Assembly (NCBI GenBank): GCA_002269645.1
Contig: NIVC01000013.1
Span: 1,054,001 to 1,118,000 of the forward strand
Source of the DNA: Macrostomum lignano
Taxonomy: Eukaryota
Length of the DNA stretch: 64,000 nucleotides
Direction: 5' to 3'
Made by a program: the position numbers and the translations under genes. The notes under the pieces were generated by a model. That model was not told the origin of the DNA, did no database searches, and was given only the letters and a program-made list of their open reading frames with translations. This document shows, piece by piece, positions 14,451 through 27,007 of the stretch (position 1 is its first letter; every line of letters begins with the position of its first letter).

Positions 14451-16040
14451 ATAAACGTGCATTTTGTGTGCCTTGATGAGAATTTAATACCCGTCCAGAT
14501 ACAAACTCCAGAAATCCATGTTCGGTACGTATTCCAGCAATTCTTATCCACGACTTCCTTGATCTTTTCTCCTTTCTCGTCAAATTTACAATCTACCCCG
14601 TGAGGCTTTTTCGATCCCTCTCCCCTTCTCCTTTGGTCTGTCAGTCTGCATAATCCTATTTCACTGTCTTTGACTAAGCTACTCGTTTGTAACGAACTGT
14701 AACCCCCACTGCCCGCCTGGAGATCCTATTGCTCCCGAAGTTTCTCATAAACCTTTGATCTGTTGAGTCTGTCCGAACCTGTTAGACGTTAGATCGGTGT
14801 TACTGTTAGCCGGAAGCGGTTCTATGATCAAGGACTACTCAAGTAACATATATACCTTGCCTTCAAAAGTTGTCTTCGAAGCATTTACCATAGATTTCGA
14901 GTGTTGCGTCCTTCTACTTAAGTTGTCCTTGTCTATGATACGAGTATTCATGGTCGCTAAAACTGAAACTCAACTCTCAATCAAAGCAGATGGGTAGCTC
15001 ATAGTGTCAGTAGCGCTTTTCCAACAGCAGTTCTGCTTCTTCTAGAGGTAATTCTTTCCTCAGTTCTTTGATACTAATATAATTATAGTTGGTTTATTAA
15101 AATACCGCCACAGGAAGCCGCATGAAAGGCGCTTTGACTGTATGAGATTTCAGCTGGTGAGAGATCCCTGTCTCACAGCCTGGCGATGAAGCTTGAAATT
15201 GGGGAGTCCTGTGCAGCATCTGGCCGGCAAGAAGATTGAGTGAGGGGGGATCGCGGAAGAAGGGAGGCTCAAAGAGGAAGGAGGGAGAGGCACACGGGAC
15301 GACCCCCTTGCTGCTTCTAGCGGGAGCGCACAATTTTACTCTTTATCAGCTTCATCAAAGAGAGAACGGAGAGACTGCTCTCTTGTTAGGTTTCTGACTC
15401 ACGATGTTAAGAGCAATGAGCAATACAAAGAAATTTTCGCAGACGAGCAGCTTGAGGTAATCTGATACGGCTGTGCGCGTAGAGGAAAGATAAGCTGCAT
15501 CAAATTCATGAGCTCACGGAAAATCTAGTGAAGGAATATTTGAGTAGTGCAGAATGAATTTATGACAGCTGTTTCTTGGAAAAGGTTCAATAGTTACTCT
15601 TTATAATGCTTGCTGATTGTGTGAAAGTTGAAGAATAAAAAAAATTTGATGAATTTATCCTAAAAAAGTTATCTGGTAAGTGGATGAGTTGAATGGCTAA
15701 ATCTATGAAATATTTAAAAACTCATAAACGCTTAATCCTGGTTACTTTTGCAATTTTTTTTCATGGAAACTTGATATCTGTACATATAAACAATAAGCGA
15801 TCAAGAGGCATCATATGGTATATACTGCAGCGTGCACAATGGAAATACTGTACAAAACTGTTAGTACATAAATTGATTAGTTTCTCGAATGGAATGGTTT
15901 AAAGCAGTTACGAGTACATTAATTTGCTTTTATTCGTAGCTTTCAAACCGACAGAATATGTTTTCGGCATTTTAACCTGTGGCACATCTAAATGGCGCTT
16001 AGAAGTCCACAGGGCACCAATATTATATCGGCCCTAAGTG

Positions 16041-17158
16041 TAGGGCATCACGACACACGTCTTAAAGGCATCACGACACACGAATCTAGGGCACCACGAC
16101 ACACGAATCTAGGGCACCACGACACACGAATCTAGGGCACCACGACACACGAATCTAGGGCACCACGACACACGAATCTAGGGCACCACGACAACACGTC
16201 TCTAGGGCATCACGACACACGAATCTAGGGCACCACGACACACGAATCTAGGGCACCACGACAACACGTCTCTAGGGCATCACGACACACGAATCTAGGG
16301 CACCACGACACACGAATCTAGGGCACCACGACAACACGTCTCTAGGGCATCACGACACACGAATCTAGGGCACCACGACACACGAATCTAGGGCACCACG
16401 ACAACACGTCTCTAGGGCATCACGACACACGAAGCTAGGGCACCACGACACACGAATCTAGGGAACCACGACGCATGAATCTAGGGCACCACGACACACG
16501 AATCTAGGGCACCACGACACACATCTCTAGGGCACCATGACACACGTCTCTAGGGCACCACGAAACATGTCTCTAGGGCACCACGACACACGAATCTAGG
16601 GCACCACGACACACATCTCTAGGGCACCATGACACACGTCTCTAGGGCACCACGAAACATGTCTCTAGGGCACCACGACATACGTCTCTAGGACACCGTG
16701 ACATACGTCTCTAGAGCACCACGACCTACATCTTTAGGGCACCACGACATACGTCTCTAGGACACCATGACATACGTCTCTAGGACACCATGACATACGT
16801 CTCTAGGGCACCACGAAACATGTCTCTAGGGCACCACGACATACGTCTCTAGGGCACCACGACATACGTCTCTAATGCACCATGATATACGTCTCTAGGA
16901 CACCGTGACATACGTCTCTAGAGCACCACGACCTACATCTTTAGGGCACCACGACATACGTCTCTAGGGCACCATGACATACGACTCTAGAGCACCATGA
17001 CATACGTCTCTAGGGCACCATGACATACGTCTCTAGAGCAACACGACCTACATCTTTACGGCACCACGACATACGTCTCTAGGACACTATGACATACGTC
17101 TCTAGGGCACCATGACATACGTCTCTAGAGCACCATGACATACGTCTCTAGGGCACCA
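16041..17158. repeat. 23-bp minisatellite
   Basis: CTAGGGCACCACGACACACGAAT drifting to CTAGGGCACCATGACATACGTCT along the array. Confidence 0.97.
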
Positions 17159-17236
17159 AGACATCAGGGCAATCATTTTTACCTTACTAGAAGTAGTAAG
17201 GAATTAGTCAGCTTTAAAAGCCAGTCATTGTCCACA

Positions 17237-18568
17237 TTAGGCTCCTCGGCCGATCCCGGTCAGATCCGATCTCTGCAACAGCCGCAGATACCGACGCCAA
17301 AAGCCTCGCATCCGCCTTGGCGACAGGTCAGTCGCTGACATGACCAAACCGCGCAGAAAAGCCTCCGGATTAAGGCTGCCCGCGTGATTGAAGTACTGAC
17401 AGGCAAAACCAGAGTTCTCCGGGGCCAGGTGCAACCCCAGTGCAGCCGGGAGCACCCCTGTGACGAAGGCGTCCTCAACTGGCAGCAAAGGAAACAGCTC
17501 AGCAGCGGCGACCAGCTTGCAAGCATCCACGCGCAGCACGTAAGCGCCGCCAAACATGTAATCTGGAAACCTGGACATCGGATAGTCCTCCTTGGATACG
17601 AGCCAGCGACCGACACGGCGAACAATGGGAGCTCGGTAAAGGTAACCAGCGACGTATTCAAGGCCTGGAAACCTACCGGAGTTCTTATCCAACCATCGAG
17701 TCCGCAGTGCTGGCAGGTTCAACACGGAATCATCGTCAACTTTTGCGACCATCTCGACGCCCGGACACAGTTGGCAGGCGAACTTCAGAGCCGACAGAAT
17801 TTTCAGCGTCAAATGGCGATAAGTGTCGACAAACTGCGGCACCAGAACGATGTCGCCGAATGAGTAAATCTCGTTGGCTAACGATTGAGACATCGTTGAG
17901 TTGGAACCGTCTGCTGCGAGGAAGAACACCACTCGAGCTCCGGCTGAGTCCGCCTCGGAGGCCCAGGTCTGACGGATGGCCTCTCGCCTATCCACCGCTT
18001 GTTTGGTCGTCATGACAACAACAAGGATCCTGTCAATGCCTGGACGACACGATCGTTTTCCAGCTCGGCCTAGAAAACTAAATCGAAGTTTTTGACGATT
18101 CTCTCTACGTATTTTTGCCTCAACAGATGCCGAATCCGACTGTGACAAATGGATTCGCCTTGCAATATTGAAGTAGGCAGTGGAAGCCTCGGTTTCGTTT
18201 GCAGTTGATAAAATTGGAAGCTGAGCAACCTGGAACCCCGAAGCGTTCAATGCATCTTCGTTATAGTTGGTAATGACCTTGGCAATGTCGGGCGTGTCGT
18301 ACGGTTGCTGGCGAAACAACTGCCTGGCTGGCGGGTGACGCGGAGGGGAATCCAGCGGTCCCATGCTCAGCTGAGAACGCTCAGAGTGTTGCTGCTGCTG
18401 TTGTTGTTGAACTGATGGCGACTGCAGAGGTTGCGCGGGTAGCGACAGGCCTAGTAGTCGCCACAGGAGGCACACGCTGGCTAGGCAGTATGCAGCAATA
18501 GCAAACAGTCGGATCTGAAACGTGATGGAGGAATAATGCTCTGGGCTCTGCCGAAATGTTGAGACCAT
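17237..18568 (-). CDS. B3GALT: Beta-1,3-galactosyltransferase / GT31 (Galactosyl_T, brainiac-like), single exon, type II membrane protein, about 443 aa
   Basis: Motifs VVVMT..RREAIRQTW, GDIV..FVDTYRHLTLK, KVDDD (DxD), YPMSRFPDYMFGGAYVL and PVEDAFVTG; N-terminal TM (IRLFAIAAYCLASVCLLW). First ATG is at 18568; the upstream ORF extension is a 27-bp repeat. The symbol is family-level only. Confidence 0.93.
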   Translation of the reverse strand: MVSTFRQSPEHYSSITFQIRLFAIAAYCLASVCLLWRLLGLSLPAQPLQSPSVQQQQQQQHSERSQLSMGPLDSPPRHPPARQLFRQQPYDTPDIAKVITNYNEDALNASGFQVAQLPILSTANETEASTAYFNIARRIHLSQSDSASVEAKIRRENRQKLRFSFLGRAGKRSCRPGIDRILVVVMTTKQAVDRREAIRQTWASEADSAGARVVFFLAADGSNSTMSQSLANEIYSFGDIVLVPQFVDTYRHLTLKILSALKFACQLCPGVEMVAKVDDDSVLNLPALRTRWLDKNSGRFPGLEYVAGYLYRAPIVRRVGRWLVSKEDYPMSRFPDYMFGGAYVLRVDACKLVAAAELFPLLPVEDAFVTGVLPAALGLHLAPENSGFACQYFNHAGSLNPEAFLRGLVMSATDLSPRRMRGFWRRYLRLLQRSDLTGIGRGA

Positions 18569-18569
18569 A

Positions 18570-18805
18570 GATGAGGCGCCACCATGTGAGTCTATAGATA
18601 AGACGCCACTATGTGAGTCTATAGATGAGACGCCACCATGTGAGTCTATAGATAAGACGCCACTATGTGAGTCTATAGATAAGACGCCACTATGTGAGTC
18701 TATAGATAAGACGCCACTATGTGAGTCTATAGATAAGACGCCACTATGTGAGTCTATAGATAAGACGCCACTTACCACTATGTGAGTCTATAGATGAGAT
18801 GCCAA
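18570..18805. repeat. 27-bp tandem repeat immediately 5' of the GT31 start
   Basis: ACTATGTGAGTCTATAGATAAGACGCC, about 8 copies; translates as SGVLSIDSH on the minus strand. Confidence 0.95.
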
Positions 18806-19210
18806 TATGAGTCTTCAACGAGCTCTATTCTCGAGATAATCAGACATCAGAATATAAAAGACTCTAGCTATTTCCTCTCCTAAAATTTTTTAGTCCAAGT
18901 TATAGTTCGGCTGGGATCAATTAGTGAGCTACTGCTTGCTTGTGCACTGCACCTATTGGCTTGCAAGATAAAATCCTGCTGAGGCAGATAGACAGAGAGA
19001 AAAAATGGCCAAATTAGATTTCTATAAATTTCTAGCTGGCTAAGTCTGACGCGTATGACACTTCAATTCCTCTTAAATTCTATTCGCACTAATTGCTGCT
19101 CAATGTCTCTGTACTTTGTTGTAGTATTCAGGATATTTGAACAAAGAGAGGGAATTGTACCATGACCTTTGTGCCCGCTGGGCACTTACGAGCGTATTCT
19201 TGCCTTTTAA

Positions 19211-19400
19211 TGCCATAGACTACATTTAAGCCCGCTTGCAGGAGTCAAACTTACTTTAATTCAAATTAGGGGCAGTTAATGACATTTAACGCCCGATTGT
19301 CTATTTCAAACTTACTTTAATGCAAATTAGCGGGCAGTTAATGTCATTAACTGCCCGCTAATTTTGTTCCACTTTGTCAAGGACACAAATGTCTATGGCA
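19211..19400. mobile_element. MITE-like element with short TIRs and an internal perfect hairpin
   Basis: TGCCATAGAC (19211) ... GTCTATGGCA (19400); 20-bp-stem palindrome at 19324-19364; internal ~60-bp direct repeat. Confidence 0.55.
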
Positions 19401-19409
19401 CAATAATAG

Positions 19410-19518
19410 TAATACCCATGCTTTAAGGGCGTTAATGGGAAAATCAGAGGGCGCCGTTAGGGCGCCGCCGTTAGGCGCCCGAGGATTTCTCATTAAAGCC
19501 CTTAAAGCATGGGTATTA
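19410..19518. mobile_element. Foldback/MITE-like hairpin flanked by TA
   Basis: TAATACCCATGCTTTAAGGGC...GCCCTTAAAGCATGGGTATTA inverted arms. Confidence 0.6.
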
Positions 19519-20009
19519 ATGTGGCTAGAGAGGGAATTTAGTAGGCTCTCTAAATCCTACACATTGTAAGCTCTGAATGGGATTCTGTCATAGACAGCAT
19601 CTGACCCCTTCTAGCTGCTCCACTTTCAGCCTCTGACCCCTTCTAGTTTCCCTCTACCGCATATAGTTTCGAAACCCCAGGCGACCTTAGTCACTCGTGA
19701 ACTTTTCCTCGAACATTCATACCCTCCTCCGGAGACTGTCTGCTTCAACAAACGGCTGAAGGTCCATCCCAGGCTATTTTGTATTGTTGCTTTTTTTCTG
19801 CTTTTTTAAACAGAAGAAATGTATTGCGTATGTACGCACGTACGAGCCTAGAAGCAAAGCATAGCATAGCTACATAAAAATTTTGATGGAGGTTAAAACA
19901 TCGAAGTTAGGTTTAACTATAGGCATTTTTGGATTTTGCTGAATTCCTCAATACTGTAACAGTTTAGGGACACAATTTTTAGGAACACTGTGCAGATGCA
20001 CTGTTGTAT

Positions 20010-20485
20010 AGCGATGTATGTGACACTGTGGTGAATGTGACACTGTGGTGTATGTGACACTGAGGTGTATGTGACACTGTGGTGAATGTGACTCTGTGGT
20101 GTATGTGACACTGAGGTGTATGTGACACTGTGGTGTATGTGACTCTGTGGTGTATGTGACACTGAGGTGTATGTGACTCTGTGGTGTATGTGACACTGAG
20201 GTGTATGTGACACTGTGGTGTATGTGACTCTGTGGTGAATGTGACACTGTGGTGTATGCGACACTGAGGTGTATGTGACACTGTGGTGAATGTGACTCTG
20301 TGGTGTATGTGACACTGAGGTGTATGTGACACTGTGGTGTATGTAACTCTGTGGTGTATGTGACACTGAGGTGTATGTGACTCTGTGGTGAATGTGACAC
20401 TGAGGTGTATGTGACACTGTGGTGTATGTGACACTGTGGTGTATGTGACACTGTGGTGTATGTGACACTGTGTTTTATGTGACAC
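20010..20485. repeat. 17-bp minisatellite
   Basis: GTGACACTGTGGTGTAT units. Confidence 0.95.
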
Positions 20486-20824
20486 TAGTTTAATGTCAAG
20501 CCATGATAAAGAAGCAAAACTTACCGTTAATTTTGAACTGGCCATATTTTACTAAAAAAACGGGCAGAAAGGTAAAGCCTAAAAAAGTGAACAGTGATTG
20601 TTTCTATTCAGAGAAAAAACTGAAGAGTTTTTTTAGCATCCAGAAAAAAATAGTTATTGCAGACAGCAAGCGGACAGGCTTTACGTTCCAGTCGCTTCAA
20701 GTTTTATTTTGCCTTTTTTCTGACTGTAAATTGTTGGCTGGACTGGGGGGGTGATGGCTGCATCACCGAAGTTTTGCTGGATGCTCCCAGCCAGTCGGAT
20801 GTGGGGAGCTGAGCCAATAGTGAC

Positions 20825-20826
<2 letters not shown>

Positions 20827-20891
<65 letters not shown>
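20827..20891. repeat. (GA)n microsatellite
   Basis: Pure GA run. Confidence 0.98.
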
Positions 20892-20894
<3 letters not shown>

Positions 20895-21359
20895 AAGAGA
20901 TGGAGATGGAAGCAGGAAGGAAGCGGGATTCTGGGCAGGGAAACGGAACTGGAAAACCGAGATGGAGCGGCTAGGGGTGAGCAGTAGACAGACGCAGACT
21001 CAGGCTGGATGCTGTGAGGAAGAGAAGAGAGCAAAGAGGCGTGCGTGCAGAAGAGACAGGGTGTTGTGTTTGAGGCTGGCTTCTCAACAACAAACGGGCG
21101 GATTAGAGAGAAAAGAGCAGAGGCGATGTTTTTGAGTGGGGAAGCAAATAATAGGATTTCCAGTCTGCTTTGGCGAAGGCCGAGTGTAGGTGACAACTGC
21201 AACTGGGGGAATGATTGAGGCGCGGCACAGGAAGCAGAGAGGGGGGGGGGGTTGGGAAAAGAGAGAAAGGGATTAAGTACAAGGTGAGAGGGCTTGGGAG
21301 CAGTGGGAATGACAGTGGGAAAGAATTTTGAGGAAATTTCTGAGCTGGTGAAAAAAGGA

Positions 21360-21945
21360 AGAGAGAGTGAAGAGAGTGAGGGAGAGTGGGGAGAGTGAGG
21401 AGAGTGAGGAGAGTGAGGAGAGTGGAGAAGAGTGTGGAGAGTGGGGGAGAGTGTTGAGAGTGGGGGAGAGTGGGGGAGAGTGTTGAGAGTGGAGTGTGGA
21501 GAGTGGGGGAGAGTGTTGAGAGTGGAGTGGGGGAAAGTGTGGAGAGTGGAGTGGGGAGAGTGGGGGAGAGTGTTGAGAGTGGGGGTGGGGAGAGTGGGGG
21601 AGAGTGTGGAGAGTGGGGAGCGTGGGGAGAGTGGGGGAGAGTGGGGGAGAGTGGGGGAGAGTGTGGAGAGTGGAATGGGGAGAGTGGGGGAGAGTGTGGA
21701 GAGTGGAATGGGGAGAGTGGGGGAGAGTGTGGAGAGTCAGAAAAGTGGGGGAGAGTGTGAAGAGGGGGGTGGTGAGAGTGGGAGAGAGTGAGGAGAGTAA
21801 GAAGTGTGGGGGAGAGTGTGGAGAGTGGGGGAGAGTGTTGAGAGTGGAGTAGGTAGAGTGGGAGAGAGTGGGAGAGAGTGGGCCGGAGTCAGAAGAGTGT
21901 GGGAGAGTGTGGAGAGTGGGGGGGTGGGGAGAGTGGGGGAGAGGA
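21360..21945. repeat. Purine-rich GGAGAGTG(G/T) low-complexity repeat
   Basis: Irregular GGAGAGT-based units. Confidence 0.93.
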
Positions 21946-22073
21946 GAGACCGTGAGGGAGGGTGGAAGAGATTGAGGGTAGAGTGTCGGAGAGAGAGCTG
22001 CTTGTGGTGAGTCCTTTGCCAAAGTCAAGTCCAACGCCCCTTATAAATTCAGCACCAGGCCAGCCCCAGTCAG

Positions 22074-24139
22074 TCAAAGCATGCAAACAAAAATATAGCA
22101 AAAGTGTGATGAGAGACGGCACAGCTGCTTATCCCCCCCCGGCACCCATGGGCTGATTTTGCACACCCGGCAATCCGCAGCCAACGCGAGTGTAGAAGAG
22201 GAAAGTTTTAACGATTCGGCGGAAGCAGCTTCCAGCATCAATCGTTTGGACTCTGGCGGATGGAGGTGATGAGTCAGACTTGCATGTATATGATGGAGTG
22301 CGTCTGTTTGCGTTTCACGACAGAGTTTTGCAGCTTCCTGTCGGTGACATTTGTATAGTGTGTGGTATTGCAGTGTGGGATCATAGTGTATGTGATTGCA
22401 GTGTGGGATCATAGTGTGTGGTATTACAGTGTGGGATCACAGTGTGTGGTATTGCAGTGTGGGATCATAGTGTATGGTATTGCAATGTGGGATAATAGTG
22501 TGTGGTATTGCATAGTGTATGGGATTGCAGTGTGGGATCATAGTGTATGTGATTGCAGTGTGGGATCATATTGTGTGGTATTGCAGTGTGGGATCATAGT
22601 GTGTGAGATTGCAGTGTGGGATCATTAGTGTGTGGTATTGCAGTGTGGGATCACAGTGTGTGGGATTGCAGTGTGGGATCGTATTGTATGGTATTTGTAG
22701 TGTGGGATCATAGTGTATGTGATTGCAGTGTGGGATCACAGTGTATGGGATTGCAGTGTGGAATCATAGTGTATGTGATTGCAGTGTGGGATCATAGTGT
22801 ATGGGATTGCAGTGTGGGATCATAATGTATGGTATTGCAGTGTGGGATCATAGTGTATGGTATTGCAGTGTGGGATCATAGTGTATGGGATTGCAGTGTG
22901 GGATCATAGTGTATGGGATTGCAGTGTGGGATCATAGTGTGTAGTATTGCAGTTGGGATCATAGTGTGTGTGTGTGTTTGCGCACGGGGCATTTGTTGGG
23001 CCATACGCGTACAACGGGACCCGCACTGTTGGGCCAAAAAAAATGTTGGGACTGTCCCATCAAGTCCGTCCAACACTTCCAAAAAAGTTACAATAGCAGC
23101 TCAAAAAAATACTCTATGGATTCAGCTCGACAGCCTCTTTTTGATGGTGCAACTCATTTTTAATAATTTTACTTGCTGTGTCAATAAATAAGCAAAAACT
23201 GGCGTCCCAATAAGGAAAAATGATACAAAATTCGACCAAATCACTATTGGGACACTGAAATGGCTAATCTGCTCCCGCATATTTTTATTGGTTTTTTCTC
23301 ATATTTTTACTAATAGTAGATTTCAAGCGCATTCATTTGCTGCAGTCTTTGTTTTAAGACGTAAATACATAGCATACATTAAAATACATACAAAGCAAAG
23401 CATAGCAAAACACTTTTAAGGGTATTTTATTGTCAAAGGATGGTTCTGGATGGAGATAAACCTAAAGAAATGACAAGGGCTTAAATTTACTTCTGACTGT
23501 GATGGGCATCAGTACTCTACACGAACTAAATTGTTAGGACAGTGTTGCAGTGTTGAATACAACAGCCCACTCTTGTTAGGACTCATGCTATTGACTGCTG
23601 CGCGCATTCGATATTCTATAAATTGTTGGAACTGTGTGCTAGAGTGTCGTTTACAAAAGCCCACTCATATTAGGACTTACCCCGTACATGTTAGGACTAA
23701 GCCCTACCCCCCTGTGTACATGGCTCCAATTTACCAGAGTCCCCTTGCTAGTTAAGTGTACATTTATTTTGGTCTATTATTGACGCCACCCGCAAACGTA
23801 CGGTAAACAAAATTGGCATGTACTCGCCATGCTGAAATCAATGGTCAACTCTGCCTCTGCCATGGCACCCGAGTCACCATGGTATGGAAAGAACAGCATG
23901 GAATGGCACAGCGATAAACATGTAAGTGGTATTAAAAAACTTTGTCGGAAACAAGAAGCATTTATGTTTAAATGCTATAAAAAAGACTGCTCCTGCTAAG
24001 CAGTACCTACCTTTACTTCAGGTATATCACCTTTGATCAACTGCCATGTGGCGCAATTGCCAAAGGATCCGTCGACTTTAACCGGTAAGCTGTAAAAGCT
24101 TTGAGTAAAACTTGACATTTCGTCTGAATCCATTGACAT
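22074..24139 (-). CDS. Tentative multi-exon gene of unknown function (exons 24011-24139, 23802-23974, 23498-23516, 23414-23461, 22337 to 22146 or 22074)
   Basis: GT-AG junctions with matching phases give MSMDSDEMSSFTQSFYSLPVKVDGSFGNCATWQLIKGDIPEVK|HLNINASCFRQSFLIPLTCLSLCHSMLFFPYHGDSGAMAEAELTIDFSMASTCQFCL|PVLMPIT|VYLHPEPSFDNKIPLK|EAAKLCRETQTDALHH...; two donors are weak (GTCAGA, GTGTTT); no family recognised. Confidence 0.4.
22340..22965. repeat. 28-bp minisatellite
   Basis: GCAGTGTGGGATCATAGTGTATGTGATT units. Confidence 0.95.
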
Positions 24140-25263
24140 TCAATAGCCTACGTGTCCAACCACAAAAATTATAAGTTTTGTACTTTTAACTCTCAGATCG
24201 GGTCTTAGCAGATTCTATAGCTATGCATGCAAGGGCCCCTCAGAGGAGATGCTTAAACACTGCAGTGCATTTTTCCTAGCAATTATTGGGACACGAAGTG
24301 TTGGGCCACTGTGTGTGTGTCTAGTTTTTTCCGCATTTGTTAAGTCACCTAAAGAACTCAATTAATAAAGGGCTCCAGAACAAATTGATGGGCAAACGGA
24401 TGACACACTGCACAGAGACTTGTTGGGACATATTAAAAACAGCTTATTTTAGAATGGGTACACTTTACTAAAGTAGAATGCTCCTACAGAAAGCTGCAAG
24501 CAAACTAGCATCTTCTGGAGCTGACATGCAGAGAAGAATGATTTTGTCGTCCTTGAAATCACTAAATCGATATGCGAAATCGATCTTTTGCTAATCCCAC
24601 CACAGGTTCCAGTGAAAAGAAGAAACGAAACCCATTGACTAAATTGGCAGTCGACTCAATCGATTCCGACTGCAACTGACCTGTCAGCTTCGAACTCAGG
24701 AGAGCAGCTAATAGACTACGAGCGTAATGCTGAATGCCAGAGTGCTCTAAATAACGAGACTCCTGTTTTCTCACTCGACCGGAATTTGTTGTTTAATCTG
24801 CTTAACTAATCTCTGCGTTTCAGTTTTTCAGTTTCACTGTCAATTTTAGGTTTTTTTCTAAGCGCAAGTGAAATTGAATTTTTTATTCATATTAGTCAGG
24901 CATATTGCGTACAGCATTATAGCGTATTAGTAAAGGTAAAGGTAAATAGACTGCTTGTAACTAGTTTTTCCTTCATGTGGATTGGCTTTAACGAAGCCTT
25001 TTGTATTTCAAGTAATGCTGAATTCGCTGGACTGAGGACAATATAGTTACACGATGTTACGCTATTACTTCACTTTCAATAGATCATACTGTTAGTATGG
25101 GACGTGCTTTTTTATTTCAATGTATGCTTTTTTACATCATTTAAATGCTAAAAATACTTAATAGGTCATTGCACTGTGTGTATGTGTGTGTTTTCGTGTG
25201 TCAAAAAAAATTGCAAAATAAGTGCCCACCATTGTATACCGTACCAACAAGTGCCCGGTGCGT

Positions 25264-25266
<3 letters not shown>

Positions 25267-25293
<27 letters not shown>
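25267..25293. repeat. (TG)n microsatellite
   Basis: TG run. Confidence 0.95.
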
Positions 25294-25294
<1 letters not shown>

Positions 25295-26179
25295 ACTGCA
25301 GTGTGGAATTAAAGTGCAAGAGAAGTGAGGAGGAGAGAGGCAAGGGGAGAGTGAGCCAATCTCACAGTGAGTAGCTGCGTGCAAGAATCAAGCAAGAAGA
25401 AGCTGTGACCCACAGCAGAAGTTTCCAATCGATAGTTAAACAAAAAGCATGCAACGTTCATGGTTCAGAGATAATTTCCTGAAAGAAACAGAGAGAGCTT
25501 AGCCATCCTAAAAGAGAAGCCACAGCAAGAAACAGAGAGAGAATCCGAATTAAGAATTGCTTCTAGGCGGGAAAATGGTAGTTAAATAATTCATTAGTGC
25601 GTCCGCCACTAACACGCGTATGTTCTCTCTCTTACGGTAGAAATTCTCAGATCGATAATTCATTCGAGTCTCTAGGGGGAGAGTGGCTGGCTGTGTAGGG
25701 GCAAGGAGGTTCTACTTTTTTAGCTAAAATTTTGCGCGCCGACCAAGTCCGATTTCGGCTGAGCAGTAGGAGAAAAAATTAATGAGAGCTCAGCGCCTAG
25801 GGAGACTGAGGGCTGAGGGAGGAGAGAAGAGAGATGAAGCCTACCGATGGGAATTTAGCACTCGATCAGGCCGCAATCCCATGCCCGCAGGCAGTTGCTT
25901 AGCCATCTGGAAAGGAGAAGATCGGGGCCGACTGGAGGACGGGGCGCAAGGAGAGGGACGCTTCGGTTGATGAGGTTGATGAGGTGCTGCTTTGGAGGCT
26001 GGGAAAGGATTAGAGAATTTCGGGTGCCGAATGTAAAGCAAATATTCTCGGCGCGTGGTTGAAGGAGAGAAGCACGGCTCAACAGTCCGATGCACGCTCC
26101 AATAGTCGAGTACCTTTCTTTATGAGTTGCTGTGAAACCATATTAGTTCATGGACTCAGGGAACTGTGCCTAAAAGAGG

Positions 26180-26332
26180 CGGAGTGGGGTGGGCGTCTCA
26201 ATCGTGGGTGAGGGGAGAGGTGGATTGAGGTGGGTGTCTTAATGTTGGGTGAGAAGAGAGAGGCGGAGTGAGGTGGGTGTCTCAATCTTGGGTGAGGAGA
26301 GAGAGGCGGAGTGAGGTGGGTGTCTCAATCGT
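26180..26332. repeat. Short ~45-bp tandem repeat, 3-4 copies
   Basis: GAGGCGGAGTGAGGTGGGTGTCTCAATC recurs. Confidence 0.8.
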
Positions 26333-27007
26333 TGATGGAACTCAAAATTGCTCATTTACGTCACGAGTAAAATTATTTATGTAACAAAGATCTTCAACAA
26401 GTGAAAAAATGATTATTAATAGTATCGAAGACCTAAAAAATATGAATCGTTTCTTGAGCAGATATTAAATTATGAATTGGCAAGAAAAGAATCAGAAAGG
26501 TTGCAGTAATTTATTTTTGCACATGCAAGTATCGCATTTATTTTGCCTTTCGCCTTAACTCGTGCAGCCGAAGTGCTGCAATGCTATTGTGGCGGCCTAC
26601 TAAAACGCTTTCGGTCCTTAAGAAGCTAAAAAAGTTCGTACTCTACTTTGCAAAAAAACGAAAAAGAAACACACTCGTTACTCTCAGAAGAGAACTCACA
26701 ACGCAGAGAAAAATAGTTCCTACTAAGGTCTAATAAATGCAATCTAAAAATCTATATATACAAACGCACTACTGTTGCCAAGTAGCAACGCACGGAAACG
26801 CGTCAACGCTCTGTCGGTTTTTTGCGTTCGTCAAAAATTTTCGAGGGGGAAAATTACGAGATTACACTTAATGACAGCTATGAAGTCCGCAGGTTCAGGA
26901 CAGCCGGTCGCAGCGAGAATGCAGAGCTGCTCGAAGATTTAGCACCTACTAACAGTACTATGAGCAACAACAAATCGATGTGCATCGGATGCGAAAATCA
27001 ATGCCTG

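Noticed and set aside
1-14551. Dozens of MIVLCAKM.. / FSTQDNH.. ORFs, and a CRISPR-like appearance
   Set aside because: Translation of a 21-bp satellite, broken by 20-bp units; no unique spacers and no cas genes.
14470-15400. Possible decayed retroelement (endonuclease or ORF1) next to the satellite
   Set aside because: A short open minus frame but no convincing catalytic motifs by eye; needs a profile search.
23790-24090. Alternative plus-strand exons (CAT|GTAAGT ... ttcag|)
   Set aside because: The phase-matched join hits a stop after four codons; the minus-strand model is more coherent, though unproven.
24562-26095. Short minus-strand ORFs (24562-24774, 25855-26082)
   Set aside because: No recognisable motifs and I could not link them by consistent splice phases; they could still be exons.
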